Source: an uncultured Gammaproteobacteria bacterium | GTDB lineage: Bacteria > Patescibacteriota > Patescibacteriia > UBA11705 > JABHMO01 | NCBI GenBank assembly: GCA_964362205.1 | Contig: CAYIDA010000005.1 | Span: 1 to 64,000 of the forward strand | Length of the DNA: 64,000 nt | Reading direction: 5' to 3' | Shown here: positions 36,393-46,100 of the stretch, piece after piece | Layout: every line of letters starts with the position of its first letter | Position numbering within the stretch: position 1 is the stretch's first letter | Notes under the pieces: generated by a model | What the model saw: the letters and a program-made list of their open reading frames with translations, nothing else | What the model was told of the DNA's origin: nothing | Database searches by the model: none | Position numbers and translations under genes: made by a program

Positions 36393-37640
36393 ATGAATAA
36401 TGATTTGATCGAATTTACGAAAGATAATGACCGCAATTGGTCTGAAGTGAAAAGGTTGAGAGAAATACCGATAACTGAATTGATTGAAGAAGTTCAAGTT
36501 GATTCGCGAGAAGTCGCCTTTAAACGTGGCGTTCAAGCTTTGCAAGTGATTCTCAATAATTTGCATGATGCGGGTGTGAGATTCAGAATGACTGATCCGG
36601 GGCATGGTCCAGGACACCTGGCGCGCGACGCGGCCAATGCCGTATCATTGCTTAGCAAGATTGAAGCTGATCCGAGGCACATCTTCATCGGGCTGATGGC
36701 CGGTGTTCTTCATGACGTAGGTTGCGCGCTGGTTGATCGCTATGCGGATAAGACGCGCGCGGTTCGTCACGCGGAAGTCGGAGCCATGGTCGTAAATCAT
36801 GTTCTAGGCCTCAATCATTCAGCGATAAAATTGAGTGAAGCTGAAAGGCGGTTGGTTTGCTACGCGATTGCCGCTCATACTCATTATTTGAAGTCAACCG
36901 AGGTGACTCGCGCTGACGGACAAGTTCGCACAATTGAACCGTACGTTGATCTTGATAAAGACGGAAAACCGTTTTATTTTGTTTGGTTCCCTCGCTGGAT
37001 TGATCGTTTGGATTGCGTAGGGCCGAGTTTTATCGCGAGGCACTATCTGACTTTAGTAAAACCGCACGCTGACTTTGCGGGAGATAAAGGTTTTGTTGAT
37101 ACGTCATTTGAAAAAGATATGACGCCGAAATTTCAGGAAGAATGCGGTCAGCGCACTATGCTGGATCATCTCCGAATGTTCGCTAATAGCCAGACCAATG
37201 ATTCTCCTTACGGCAAGTGGGATTATGGTTGGATGATTGAACTTCGCGATCACGCGAAAAAAAGAACAAATGAGGTTGTTCTGGCTGTGCGTGATTTAGA
37301 TAAACGTGAACAGACCTTTGGAAGCTCGGAAGCGGTCAGTGCTGATTGGCGAATAATATTAATGGAAGCGATCAGTGCTGAGTGGCACAGATTTTTAGCT
37401 GAAAAGATTGAACCGACCGGCAAAGGCGCGGCTGTGGCTGATGAACTTCAAATAATGTTTGAGAATTTGCCGCTCGAAACGCAGAAAGCGTGGTGCGTTG
37501 GATTTCGAACGGTCATGTCACAATACAAAGAGTGGAAGAATGAAATGCTTATTGAGGACGTGATGCCACAGCTTCATGCTCTTAGTCCTTTGGGATTGAT
37601 AATACCAAGAATGGGAAAAACCATTGAACTAATGTTATAG
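36393..37640 (+). CDS. HD-domain phosphohydrolase-like protein
   Basis: ATG at 36393 lies after AAAGGAGG. H...HD motifs are present: HGPGHLARD and LMAGVLHDVGCA. The ORF opens earlier, at 36348. Confidence 0.75.
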   Translation: MNNDLIEFTKDNDRNWSEVKRLREIPITELIEEVQVDSREVAFKRGVQALQVILNNLHDAGVRFRMTDPGHGPGHLARDAANAVSLLSKIEADPRHIFIGLMAGVLHDVGCALVDRYADKTRAVRHAEVGAMVVNHVLGLNHSAIKLSEAERRLVCYAIAAHTHYLKSTEVTRADGQVRTIEPYVDLDKDGKPFYFVWFPRWIDRLDCVGPSFIARHYLTLVKPHADFAGDKGFVDTSFEKDMTPKFQEECGQRTMLDHLRMFANSQTNDSPYGKWDYGWMIELRDHAKKRTNEVVLAVRDLDKREQTFGSSEAVSADWRIILMEAISAEWHRFLAEKIEPTGKGAAVADELQIMFENLPLETQKAWCVGFRTVMSQYKEWKNEMLIEDVMPQLHALSPLGLIIPRMGKTIELML

Positions 37641-37654
37641 TTTGAGAAGCAAGG

Positions 37655-37682
37655 AGGCGTTAATAACGCCTCCTTTTAAAAT
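37655..37682 (+). terminator. Rho-independent terminator
   Basis: aggaggcgtta ataacgcctcct, followed by ttttaaaat. A near-duplicate hairpin lies at 38159-38186. Confidence 0.7.
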
Positions 37683-37741
37683 ATTTGCCACTTTAAATAA
37701 TCATTGATATAATACCCGCAGATATAAAATTGAATTAAAAT

Positions 37742-38140
37742 ATGGATGCAGAAATCAAACAAGAATTTGAGAAGTTAGCAACGGGGTTAACGAAAGAAAT
37801 AGAAGATTTAACGGTTGTGATTAAGGAAAGCTTCGAAGCCGTAGATGTCAGGATGGATAGCCTGGAAAATAAAATGGATGTCAGAATGGACGGTTTGGAA
37901 AACAAAGTGAATGGCCTGGAAAATAAAATGGACGCTGGATTCTCTTCGGTTCAAACGGAATTAAGATCGATTCGAGCGGAACTAAGATCAATTGACGAAC
38001 GATTAACTGCCTTGGAAATTTTCGTGGCAAAAATCAACAAAACCGAAACTGAAGACATCGGCGTTGCTTATAAAGACTTAGAAGAAATAAAAACACGCGT
38101 TGCCAACATTGAACAGCAAATGAAACTTCAATCAGTTTAG
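37742..38140 (+). CDS. Small coiled-coil protein with MD(S/G)LENK(M/V) heptad-like repeats
   Basis: 132-aa ORF with repeats RMDSLENKMDVRMDGLENKVNGLENKMD. It is bracketed by two similar terminator hairpins. Confidence 0.55.
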   Translation: MDAEIKQEFEKLATGLTKEIEDLTVVIKESFEAVDVRMDSLENKMDVRMDGLENKVNGLENKMDAGFSSVQTELRSIRAELRSIDERLTALEIFVAKINKTETEDIGVAYKDLEEIKTRVANIEQQMKLQSV

Positions 38141-38158
38141 GGCTTGATTTTTACCGAT

Positions 38159-38186
38159 TAAGAGAGGTGTTAATGCCGCCTCTTTT
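38159..38186 (+). terminator. Rho-independent terminator (paralogue of 37655-37682)
   Basis: agaggtgttaatgccgcctct followed by ttttgattt. Confidence 0.6.
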
Positions 38187-38246
38187 TGATTTGACTTTTT
38201 TCTATCAATTGATAAAGTGTTAGCGATAAAATTAACATCAGACATT

Positions 38247-40019
38247 ATGAAGATTCTAATCATTGGCGCCAAGGGTATGCTTGGTCAGGAATTGGCCAAG
38301 GCGTTTATTGGCAATGAACTTGTTCTGTGGGACAAAGAAGAGTTGGACATTACGGATTTTGAACGAGTAAAAAAGACGATTAAAGAATTACAGCCGGAAC
38401 TCATTATTAATTCCGCAGCCTTTAACGCGGTGGATGATTGCGAACAAAATTTTGATTTGGCGAAAAAAATAAATTACGACGGTCCGGTGAATTTGGCGAA
38501 AGCGGCTAACATGGTTGGCGCTTTTTTTGTTCATTACAGCACTGATTATGTTTTTGATGGAGAAAGAAGAGATGGCTACGTGGAATATGATTTGCCGGCG
38601 CCGATTTCAAAATACGGAGAATCAAAATATTTAGGCGAAGAAGTATTGGAGCATAATGATGCGATCTATTTAATAAGAACATCGCGTTTGTTCGGTAAAC
38701 AGGCGAGCGCAATCGGCGCAAAAAAAAGTTTTGTGGAAGTGATGCTCAAGTTGGCCGATGAAAAAGAGGAGCTCGAAGTTGTGAATGAGGAAGTGAGTAA
38801 TCCGACGTATGTCGTTGATCTGGCTTATCAAACAAAATTAATTGTTGATGGAAATTATTCACCGGGAATTTATCACGCCACGAATGAAGGCGGTTGTACG
38901 TGGTATGAGTTTGCTTTGGAAATTTTCAAATTATCAGGAAAAACTGTTCGAGTTAAACCGGTTGGCGGAGAAAAGTTTCCGCGGCCGGCCAAACGTCCGA
39001 AATTTTCTTCACTGCGCAATACCAAATTACCGAAAATGAGAAGTTGGCAAGAGGCGTTGGGAGAGTTTCTTGGTGAGTTGGGACACGTGAGTTCAGTTCA
39101 ACAAGTTAGGGCTGAGTCATCTTTTGTTAACGCCTCAACGAGCGAACCCAAGAACAATTTGAACAACGTCAACAACTCCAACAATTCGAACAACTCTAAC
39201 ATCTTGAGCAAAGTTACTCTCAACGAAGTTATCTTGAAAGCGAGCAAACAAGCAACAAATAATCAAAAAATCATGAAAGGCATCATTTTGTCGGGAGGGA
39301 AGGGCACACGCTTACATCCATTAACAAAAATTACGAGTAAACAATTATTACCGGTTTTTCACAAACCAATGATCATGTTTCCGCTCGAAACCTTAATGAA
39401 GGCGGGGATTAAAGATATTTTAATAATTGTTTCGCCTGAGTACGCCGGACAATATTTGCATCTGCTCGGTTCTGGTAAAGAAATGGGCATAAAATTGACT
39501 TATGAAATTCAAGATGAACCGCGCGGTTTGCCGGAAGCATTTATTATCGGCGAAAATTTTATTGGTGATGATAATGTGACCATGATTCTCGGCGACAACA
39601 TATTTTTTGACCATGATTTCACGGACGATATTAAATCGTTTACCAGTGGCGGCCGGGTTTTTGCAGTGGAAGTGCCTGATCCGGAGAGATTTGGCGTGGT
39701 GGAATTTGATCAGAATAATCGCGTCTTATCCATTGAAGAAAAACCGCAAAAGCCGAAAAGCAATTACGCGATTCCGGGAATGTATATTTACGATCAACGT
39801 GTTTGTAATATCGCCAAGGGCATAAAACCAACTTGGCGGCCGGAAACTGATATCACTGAAGTTCACAAAGCTTATTTGAATATGAACGAACTCGATGTGC
39901 GCAAAGTTCACGGCCGCTGGCTCGATGCCGGCACGCACGAATCGTTGTTAAAAGCTTCCAACTGGATCGCGGCTATGGAGTATCAGAAGAGAATGGGGTA
40001 TAATGACATTAAAGCATAG
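38247..40019 (+). CDS. rfbD-rfbA: Bifunctional fusion: dTDP-4-dehydrorhamnose reductase (RfbD, N-terminal) + glucose-1-phosphate thymidylyltransferase (RfbA, C-terminal), joined by an Asn/Ser-rich linker
   Basis: N-terminal half MKILIIGAKGMLGQEL...YSTDYVFDG...SKYGESK matches RmlD. The linker is NNLNNVNNSNNSNNSNILS. C-terminal half MKGIILSGGKGTRLHPLT...GDNIF...LDAGTHESLL matches RmlA. It is a single frame with no stop. The ORF opens at GTG 38217; the first ATG is at 38247. Confidence 0.9.
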   Translation: MKILIIGAKGMLGQELAKAFIGNELVLWDKEELDITDFERVKKTIKELQPELIINSAAFNAVDDCEQNFDLAKKINYDGPVNLAKAANMVGAFFVHYSTDYVFDGERRDGYVEYDLPAPISKYGESKYLGEEVLEHNDAIYLIRTSRLFGKQASAIGAKKSFVEVMLKLADEKEELEVVNEEVSNPTYVVDLAYQTKLIVDGNYSPGIYHATNEGGCTWYEFALEIFKLSGKTVRVKPVGGEKFPRPAKRPKFSSLRNTKLPKMRSWQEALGEFLGELGHVSSVQQVRAESSFVNASTSEPKNNLNNVNNSNNSNNSNILSKVTLNEVILKASKQATNNQKIMKGIILSGGKGTRLHPLTKITSKQLLPVFHKPMIMFPLETLMKAGIKDILIIVSPEYAGQYLHLLGSGKEMGIKLTYEIQDEPRGLPEAFIIGENFIGDDNVTMILGDNIFFDHDFTDDIKSFTSGGRVFAVEVPDPERFGVVEFDQNNRVLSIEEKPQKPKSNYAIPGMYIYDQRVCNIAKGIKPTWRPETDITEVHKAYLNMNELDVRKVHGRWLDAGTHESLLKASNWIAAMEYQKRMGYNDIKA

Positions 40020-40099
40020 AAGCAATTAAACAATGAAGCACAAAATTCTAAGCTCAAAGCACAAATAAAATTCAAAATAGAAAATTCAAAATTTAAATT

Positions 40100-40972
40100 A
40101 TGAAAAAGCTTCAGTTCGAAGAAATAATAAAAAGCGCGTGGCAATTGGCGATCAAGAGCCGGTTGTTGTGGTTTTTCGGTATCTTTACAGGCGGCGGCAT
40201 GATGATGAGTTTTCAGACAGATCAGTGGGACGTTAAAAGTCTCAATTTTTCGGAAATGATAAAGAGGTTTTTGGAAGCAATCAAAGAGCCGCTTTTCTTA
40301 TGGACATTGATTATCGCTTGGTTGTTGTTTGTCGTGGCGCTTATCATCAGCTTTGTGGCGCGCGCCGCCATGCTTCATGGAATTGATGGGAAAAGCAAAT
40401 CAGGCGTGGTCGGTTCATTTAAACAGCTTTTGAAATTTGGTTTTTCCAAATCGCTTAGAGTTATCTTGATGGAGCTTATTTATTTCATTCCGAGCGTTGT
40501 CCTTGGTTCTTTGCTGGTTTTGTTTTTGATTTATTTACCGACAGAAGCGCTGGGTCTTGTTATTATCATCGCCCTGGTTTTGTTTTTTATTTATTTTCTA
40601 GTAATTTCATTTTTTCGCGGATATTCTTATTGTTTTTTGGTTTTCGAAGATGAAAGTCCGTGGACCGCGATCAAATCAGGTTGGAAATTATTGATGAATA
40701 ATTTTGGGGAATTGATAACCGCCGGGGTTTTAAAAATGGCCTTGCTCATTGGCGCCGGGCTGGCCACTTTGATCGCTCTGGTGGCGGCCGCTTTGCCGCT
40801 GTTGCTGGTTGGCGCTTTGGTTTTAATTTTTGTGGGTAACACTGGACTGTATGTTCTGATCGGCCTGGGTCTATTTGCATTATTGGTAGTTTTTATGATT
40901 ATACGCGGTTTTTTGAACACGTTTTTTTACGCATATACTGTCTTTGTGTATCGTCGATTAACAGGAAAATAG
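40100..40972 (+). CDS. Polytopic membrane protein, hypothetical
   Basis: 290 aa with ~6 hydrophobic segments. No recognised family. Confidence 0.7.
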   Translation: MKKLQFEEIIKSAWQLAIKSRLLWFFGIFTGGGMMMSFQTDQWDVKSLNFSEMIKRFLEAIKEPLFLWTLIIAWLLFVVALIISFVARAAMLHGIDGKSKSGVVGSFKQLLKFGFSKSLRVILMELIYFIPSVVLGSLLVLFLIYLPTEALGLVIIIALVLFFIYFLVISFFRGYSYCFLVFEDESPWTAIKSGWKLLMNNFGELITAGVLKMALLIGAGLATLIALVAAALPLLLVGALVLIFVGNTGLYVLIGLGLFALLVVFMIIRGFLNTFFYAYTVFVYRRLTGK

Positions 40973-40980
40973 TAATAATT

Positions 40981-41017
40981 AAAACCCCGCCGTTCGCGAA
41001 CGGCGGGGTTTTGTTTT
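40981..41017. terminator. Bidirectional rho-independent terminator
   Basis: Perfect palindrome ccccgccgttcg/cgaacggcgggg flanked by aaaa and ttttgtttt, between convergent genes. Confidence 0.8.
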
Positions 41018-41020
41018 GGA

Positions 41021-42394
41021 TTAATCTAACTCTAAATATTGCAATTCTGTTGATGGCGGTTTATTTGCTTCAAGAAAAAAAACGGTTTGCGATTTGGCGT
41101 CAGTGCTGAAAGTGACAGCCGGCGTGGAAGTAATATTGGTTATTTGGTGACCGCTTCGATCATCGAGCTCAATGATGTCAATCAAACCGTCTCGCAAGAC
41201 AAAAGCATAATTGCTCGAGGAGTGCCATTTGGCTTTTTGTAAACCCTGACTGTAACGGGTAATGATTTTTTCCTGCGGATTGGCGTCTCGTAAATCAAGG
41301 AAAGACAGTTCCTGGCCTGTGGCAATGAGCAGGAGATAGCCGTTTTTGTGCAGATCCGCGCTGATCACGCTTTCTTTTTGAAAATAAATTTTATTTAAAT
41401 CAGTGTCGATCAGGTAGAGCGCTTGGTTTGTCAGGTCCTTGAAGGATAATAATCCACGATAGGTGGAGTCAAATTTGAAAGCATCGTTTTTCAGTTCAAT
41501 GGCTCTTGATAAATTTTGCGTATCGCCGCTCTTCGCGGGCTGTTTGGTTAGAAAAGTTTTTCCGCTGATTTTTTCAATCAAATATATTTTTTTATCAAAA
41601 ACGAAATAATCCAAGAGAGCTTCGTCGTTCGGCAGAGAGAACATTTTTTCTTCCACGTTGGTTGAAATATTGAATTCAAATAGATCGTTGTCTCTCTGAA
41701 AAAACAAGAGCTCGTTCGATTCATTGCTCCAGCGGAAATTTTTTGATTCAGATTGACCGTCCTTGTTTGGTAAAGATATTTTTCTAGTTGGTTCAAAGGT
41801 CGAGAAAATAAAAGGTTTGTCTTTGGCGTAAAGAAATAATAATGAACCATTCTTTGACCAAGAAATACTGGATGTTTCAAGATTTTTTATTTCAATCAAC
41901 GGCTCGAGTTTGCGGTTATTCAAGTTGAGAAAAGACAAATCAGCGGAATTCAGAGTAGAATCTTGTTCGACGTAGAGCGCGAACTTTTTATCCGGAGAAA
42001 AATCAATCCAAACAGATTTGTTAGTCTGCGATTTGATTGTTGTCGGGGATGATTTTTTGAAGAGGACGATATCCTCGGCAAAGGTGGTCGCTTGCGTGGC
42101 GATGGTTAGTTTTTTGTTCCATGGATAATAACCTTCTTTTTCTATTTTGATGGAATATTCATCAGGTAAAATATTATTTAATCGCACCGGTGTTTTGGAT
42201 TTGATTTTTTGTTCATTCAAAAAAATATTCGCGCCGCTCGGTTCAGTGTCGAGCACCAGCGCGCCGGTTTTGGTCAGTTGCGCTTTTTTGAGATTATAGC
42301 GAAAACCGGCTGTGTACAGGATCAGCATGGGTGCGCTCACCATAAAGAAGATGAAGAAAGTAATGGCGATAATGCGTCTGGTGGTTAAGCTCAT
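41021..42394 (-). CDS. Membrane-anchored PEGA-domain protein with a beta-rich (propeller-like) C-terminal region
   Basis: N-terminal TM segment. PEGA-like ALVLDTEPSGANIFLNEQKIKSKTPVRLNNILPDEYSIKIEKEGYYPW. 457 aa. Confidence 0.8.
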   Translation of the reverse strand: MSLTTRRIIAITFFIFFMVSAPMLILYTAGFRYNLKKAQLTKTGALVLDTEPSGANIFLNEQKIKSKTPVRLNNILPDEYSIKIEKEGYYPWNKKLTIATQATTFAEDIVLFKKSSPTTIKSQTNKSVWIDFSPDKKFALYVEQDSTLNSADLSFLNLNNRKLEPLIEIKNLETSSISWSKNGSLLFLYAKDKPFIFSTFEPTRKISLPNKDGQSESKNFRWSNESNELLFFQRDNDLFEFNISTNVEEKMFSLPNDEALLDYFVFDKKIYLIEKISGKTFLTKQPAKSGDTQNLSRAIELKNDAFKFDSTYRGLLSFKDLTNQALYLIDTDLNKIYFQKESVISADLHKNGYLLLIATGQELSFLDLRDANPQEKIITRYSQGLQKAKWHSSSNYAFVLRDGLIDIIELDDRSGHQITNITSTPAVTFSTDAKSQTVFFLEANKPPSTELQYLELD

Positions 42395-42578
42395 AATATT
42401 GTTGTTAGCTGGTGATATTAAAGCAAATTATAAGGAAATTTGCAATGCTATGGGATTTTTTAAAATCGTGGTATAATATTAAAGCAATTAAGCACAGAAA
42501 CAATTAAGCATAGAAACACAACCTTAAATTGCCGTATTTTCTTATCTAAGCGAATTAAATAAATTTAAACTAAATATT

Positions 42579-42881
42579 ATGAATCCACAGGAAATAATCA
42601 ACGAGAACATTATTGCTGCTTTGGGTCTGCAATCATTGCCCCTTGAAAAGAAGCAGGAGGTTTTGAACAAATTGGTTGAATTGGTGCAAAAAAGAATTAT
42701 GCTCCGAGTTATGGACGGTTTGTCAAAAGAGGATGGCGAGAAAATGGCTGAACTCGAAAAAAATCCAATGGCCATGCTGGCGTTTATCGCGGAAAAGTTT
42801 CCGAATTTTGAGGAAATCGTGAAAGAAGAAGTTGAAAAAGTAAAAGAAGAAGCGCTGGCTGCGGCTGAACAAGTCAATTAA
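42579..42881 (+). CDS. Small acidic hypothetical protein
   Basis: 100-aa ORF. The stop is immediately followed by an F2 repeat. Confidence 0.55.
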   Translation: MNPQEIINENIIAALGLQSLPLEKKQEVLNKLVELVQKRIMLRVMDGLSKEDGEKMAELEKNPMAMLAFIAEKFPNFEEIVKEEVEKVKEEALAAAEQVN

Positions 42882-42993
42882 TGGCTACAAATTACAAATC
42901 ACTACAAATTTACAAATAGACAAAAGAATGTATGAACAAAAGAACAGTCTAAACAGATTTGTAAATTTGTAGTGATTTGTAATTTGTAGCAAC
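42882..42993. repeat. F2 inverted-repeat leader, copy d (perfect long hairpin), ending 1 nt before the ATG at 42995
   Basis: tggctacaaattacaaatcactacaaattt ... aaatttgtagtgatttgtaatttgtagcaac. Confidence 0.75.
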
Positions 42994-42994
42994 T

Positions 42995-43180
42995 ATGAGC
43001 ACAGACACAAAAAAGCAAGAGTTGATCGCCAAGATGCGGCTGGCTTATGATGAGTTCGTTAAATATGTTGAAGCGCTTGAAAAAGAGGGTGATGTTTTGT
43101 TGCATCAGCATATTCAGAAGATTGAAAAAGAAAAGATTGATCAAGTGTTAAAAAATATTCAAAATATCGGCTCAAAATAA
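42995..43180 (+). CDS. Small coiled-coil hypothetical protein
   Basis: 61-aa ORF. It has the same start-codon context (F2 right arm 'tttgtagcaa' then ATG) as two recognisable genes (CDP-alcohol phosphatidyltransferase at 30172 and pyrG at 50965). That raises its plausibility. Confidence 0.5.
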   Translation: MSTDTKKQELIAKMRLAYDEFVKYVEALEKEGDVLLHQHIQKIEKEKIDQVLKNIQNIGSK

Positions 43181-43190
43181 TTTTTAGAAT

Positions 43191-46100
43191 ATGGCTAAGT
43201 TAGAGGCATCGTTACCAAAAAAACAACAAGACGAAATTGATAAGATTGAATCAACCGAACCGGAAGAACGGCCGGAAGCAAAGGTTGAGCTCAAAGTTGT
43301 TCCTGATTTAAAAAAAGAAGCAGAGATCTTTTTGGGTGGTGCAAACGCTTTGATGCAGCGTTTTGAGAGTTTTGTTTCAAAGCTGGAATCATTTGGCGCG
43401 ACCGATGAAAGCAAGGTGCTCCTCGAAAAAGCCAAAGCTAAACATCAAGAGTTTTCTGTGTTGATGGAAGAATTTAAAAAGCAAGCTGAACTTCATGAGA
43501 AGAGGACCAAGCTCGATGAAAACGTAAAGGAACTGCATCTTGATTTTAATCGCGCTAAAGATAATGAAAAGCAAAAAGCAGCTTTGCGCGGAAAGATTGA
43601 GCAAGCTGAAGAGGCGCTCTATCAAGCGAAGAAACCGGCCGAGGTCAATCTTAGTGCACATGAAAAAGCAATTGCCGAGCTTGAAATGGAGAGTGAAAAA
43701 ATCGGCGGAGAATTTAAATCCGGAGAAACGGTTAAATGGAAATCTGAAAAAGGCGAGGAGTTGGCTGGCGAGATCGTTGGCCCAGCTGAAAGAATCGGTT
43801 CAATAATCGTTAAAACCGAAAAAAATCCGGGTGGTTTTGCGATTCAAAAAGGCAAATTGGAAAAATTTGTAAAAACAATTGAAGAGCGACCCTTCGATGC
43901 GACTCAGGGTGACATAACGGAGCGGGATGATACAAAAAAAGAAAAGTCTGAAGCAGCGGAATTGATTGGTGGTGCGCAAGATTTTGAATCATTGGCGCAG
44001 GCCATTGAAAAGATCGGTGAAATAAAAGGGATGGATGGGAAGGTTTATGGAGCAGAAATATTAAAACAAATCATTCAAGATATTTCAAAACATTTACCTG
44101 AAAACCATAGCCCGCTTGTGAATTTAATTACCAGAAACGAAGGGTTGCGCGATAAAGTAAGAGAACTTTTGCAGAATAAGCGATTAGAAATAAAACGCAA
44201 TGATTTTGCGGACAAAGACGTTAAATTAAATCGCGAATATGGCACGGTGACCGGTTGGCTGAAACGCGCGCTTAGTTCAACCAATTATCTTGAAGCGAAG
44301 GTTGCTCGCGATGAAGCTTATGAAATTTATGGCAAAGAAAGAGCAGAAGCGGTGTTGGCCAATGTGGAAAAAATGATGGGCGAACAAATAAAATTGGCTG
44401 ACTCGCGTGCCGAAGCGTTTAATGACGCCAAAGGCTGGGGAGCTCGAGCTTATGATGTTTATAAAAATAACCCACTCTTTAAAAAATTTAATCGAGCGCG
44501 ATTGATTACCAATATAGGTCTTATGGGTGCTGGTTTTGTTATTGGTGCGCCGGCAATAGCTGCGACGTTAGGAGGCGGATATATTGCTTGGCAAGTACTT
44601 GGCCGCGGTTTGGGTGGCGTTGCTTCAACTATCAGTTCATATGACATGATGAGTATGATCGCGCGCAACAAAGGTACGAAAGTTTTGTCAAAAGGACAGG
44701 AAGGAGAGTTGCAGCAATATAGCGATGAGCAAGGACTTTCCAAGTTTAAAAGATTTTTTAACAGAAAAGTTAAAGTTGGTGATCGCGAGGTTGGAGCCAG
44801 AGATTTATATGAACAAAAGAAACTTGAACTGGAAACAAAACAGGCGAAGAGTTTGAGCAATGAACGCTTGGATGAATTGATTGAATATTATGAAGCGGTC
44901 GTGGCCGCGGATGGCAAAAAACCGTCAGAAGACCCTAAGTATTTGATGCTCATGCGCGAGAAAGCAAATCGTTTCAAGAAAGCTTTGGGTGGCGAGAATG
45001 AAGCTGTCAAAGATATTGTCGAGGGGGACGCGTTTGATGAAATTAAACAAGCGGAGAAAATAAAATTGACTGATTATTTAAAACAAAAGTTTTTAGTGGA
45101 AACTGTTTTGTTTGAAAAAATGAGAACCGCGACCGGTGACGCGACTGCTCGAAAAAATTCTAAAGAATATCAAGGTTGGAGTGCTGGACAGATCAAATTG
45201 CAAAAGCAGTATGAAGCGCTGACGCCAGAATTGCAGATATTGGTTGATCGTTTCATTCAGAGTCACAAACAGCCGGTCATGGAAATGCTTAATCCGAAAA
45301 ACAGCGATGAATTGAAAGGCATTAAAGCAGGTGAAGTTGATGAAGCTGGTGTCTGGGCTGCGGATTGGAAATTTAATCCGGTTTTAACTGATGAGATTGA
45401 GGAGCTTTTGAATCAAAATGAAGTTTTAAGTCAAATGGCGGCTGAGGCCGGAGAAGGAGAGATGAAAAAATTTGTCAGCGCGGTGGAGGGACGTGATCAA
45501 AAGGTCGAACAAAAAACAGCGGCTTTACTTAGGTTTTGCGAAAAAGGGATAAAGGAGGCGCAGGAAATGATTGATAATAAACGAACGGAAAAAGGATATT
45601 CTGCGGTTGCCTGGAAAAAAGCGCGTCAAGCTATGGCGGTTTTGATTGGCGTTGGCATGGGTAGTGGATTTATTCAGAAACACATCATGGAGTTTTTGGC
45701 GCCGTCTGTTTCAGCCGAGATATTGCCTGCTTCCGGCAAGGGAGGAGTCATCGCGCATGTCAGCGAAGCAGGAGGAGGAGTAGAGAGTGAAGGTCTTATA
45801 AATCTTGATAAATTGGAGAAGGCCGGCGTCCTCAGACCGGATTGGCAGAAGCATATCAGTTATGATGTTGTTAAAGATCCGTCTAAAGTACAAAGTGTGA
45901 TAATGGCCAGAGCCAGAGAAATATTTTTGATTGAGAAGGCTCTTGATCAAGCCCAAGCAGCCGGCAACGCAAAGGAATTTAAATTATTGCAAGGAGTGTT
46001 GGATCAAAAAATAGCAAAAGCTGAAAGTCTTTATGGAAATGTTTTTAGTGAACCGCCGAAACTTGAAGCGCCGGTTGAGGTTGTTTCGGAAAAACCTGCG

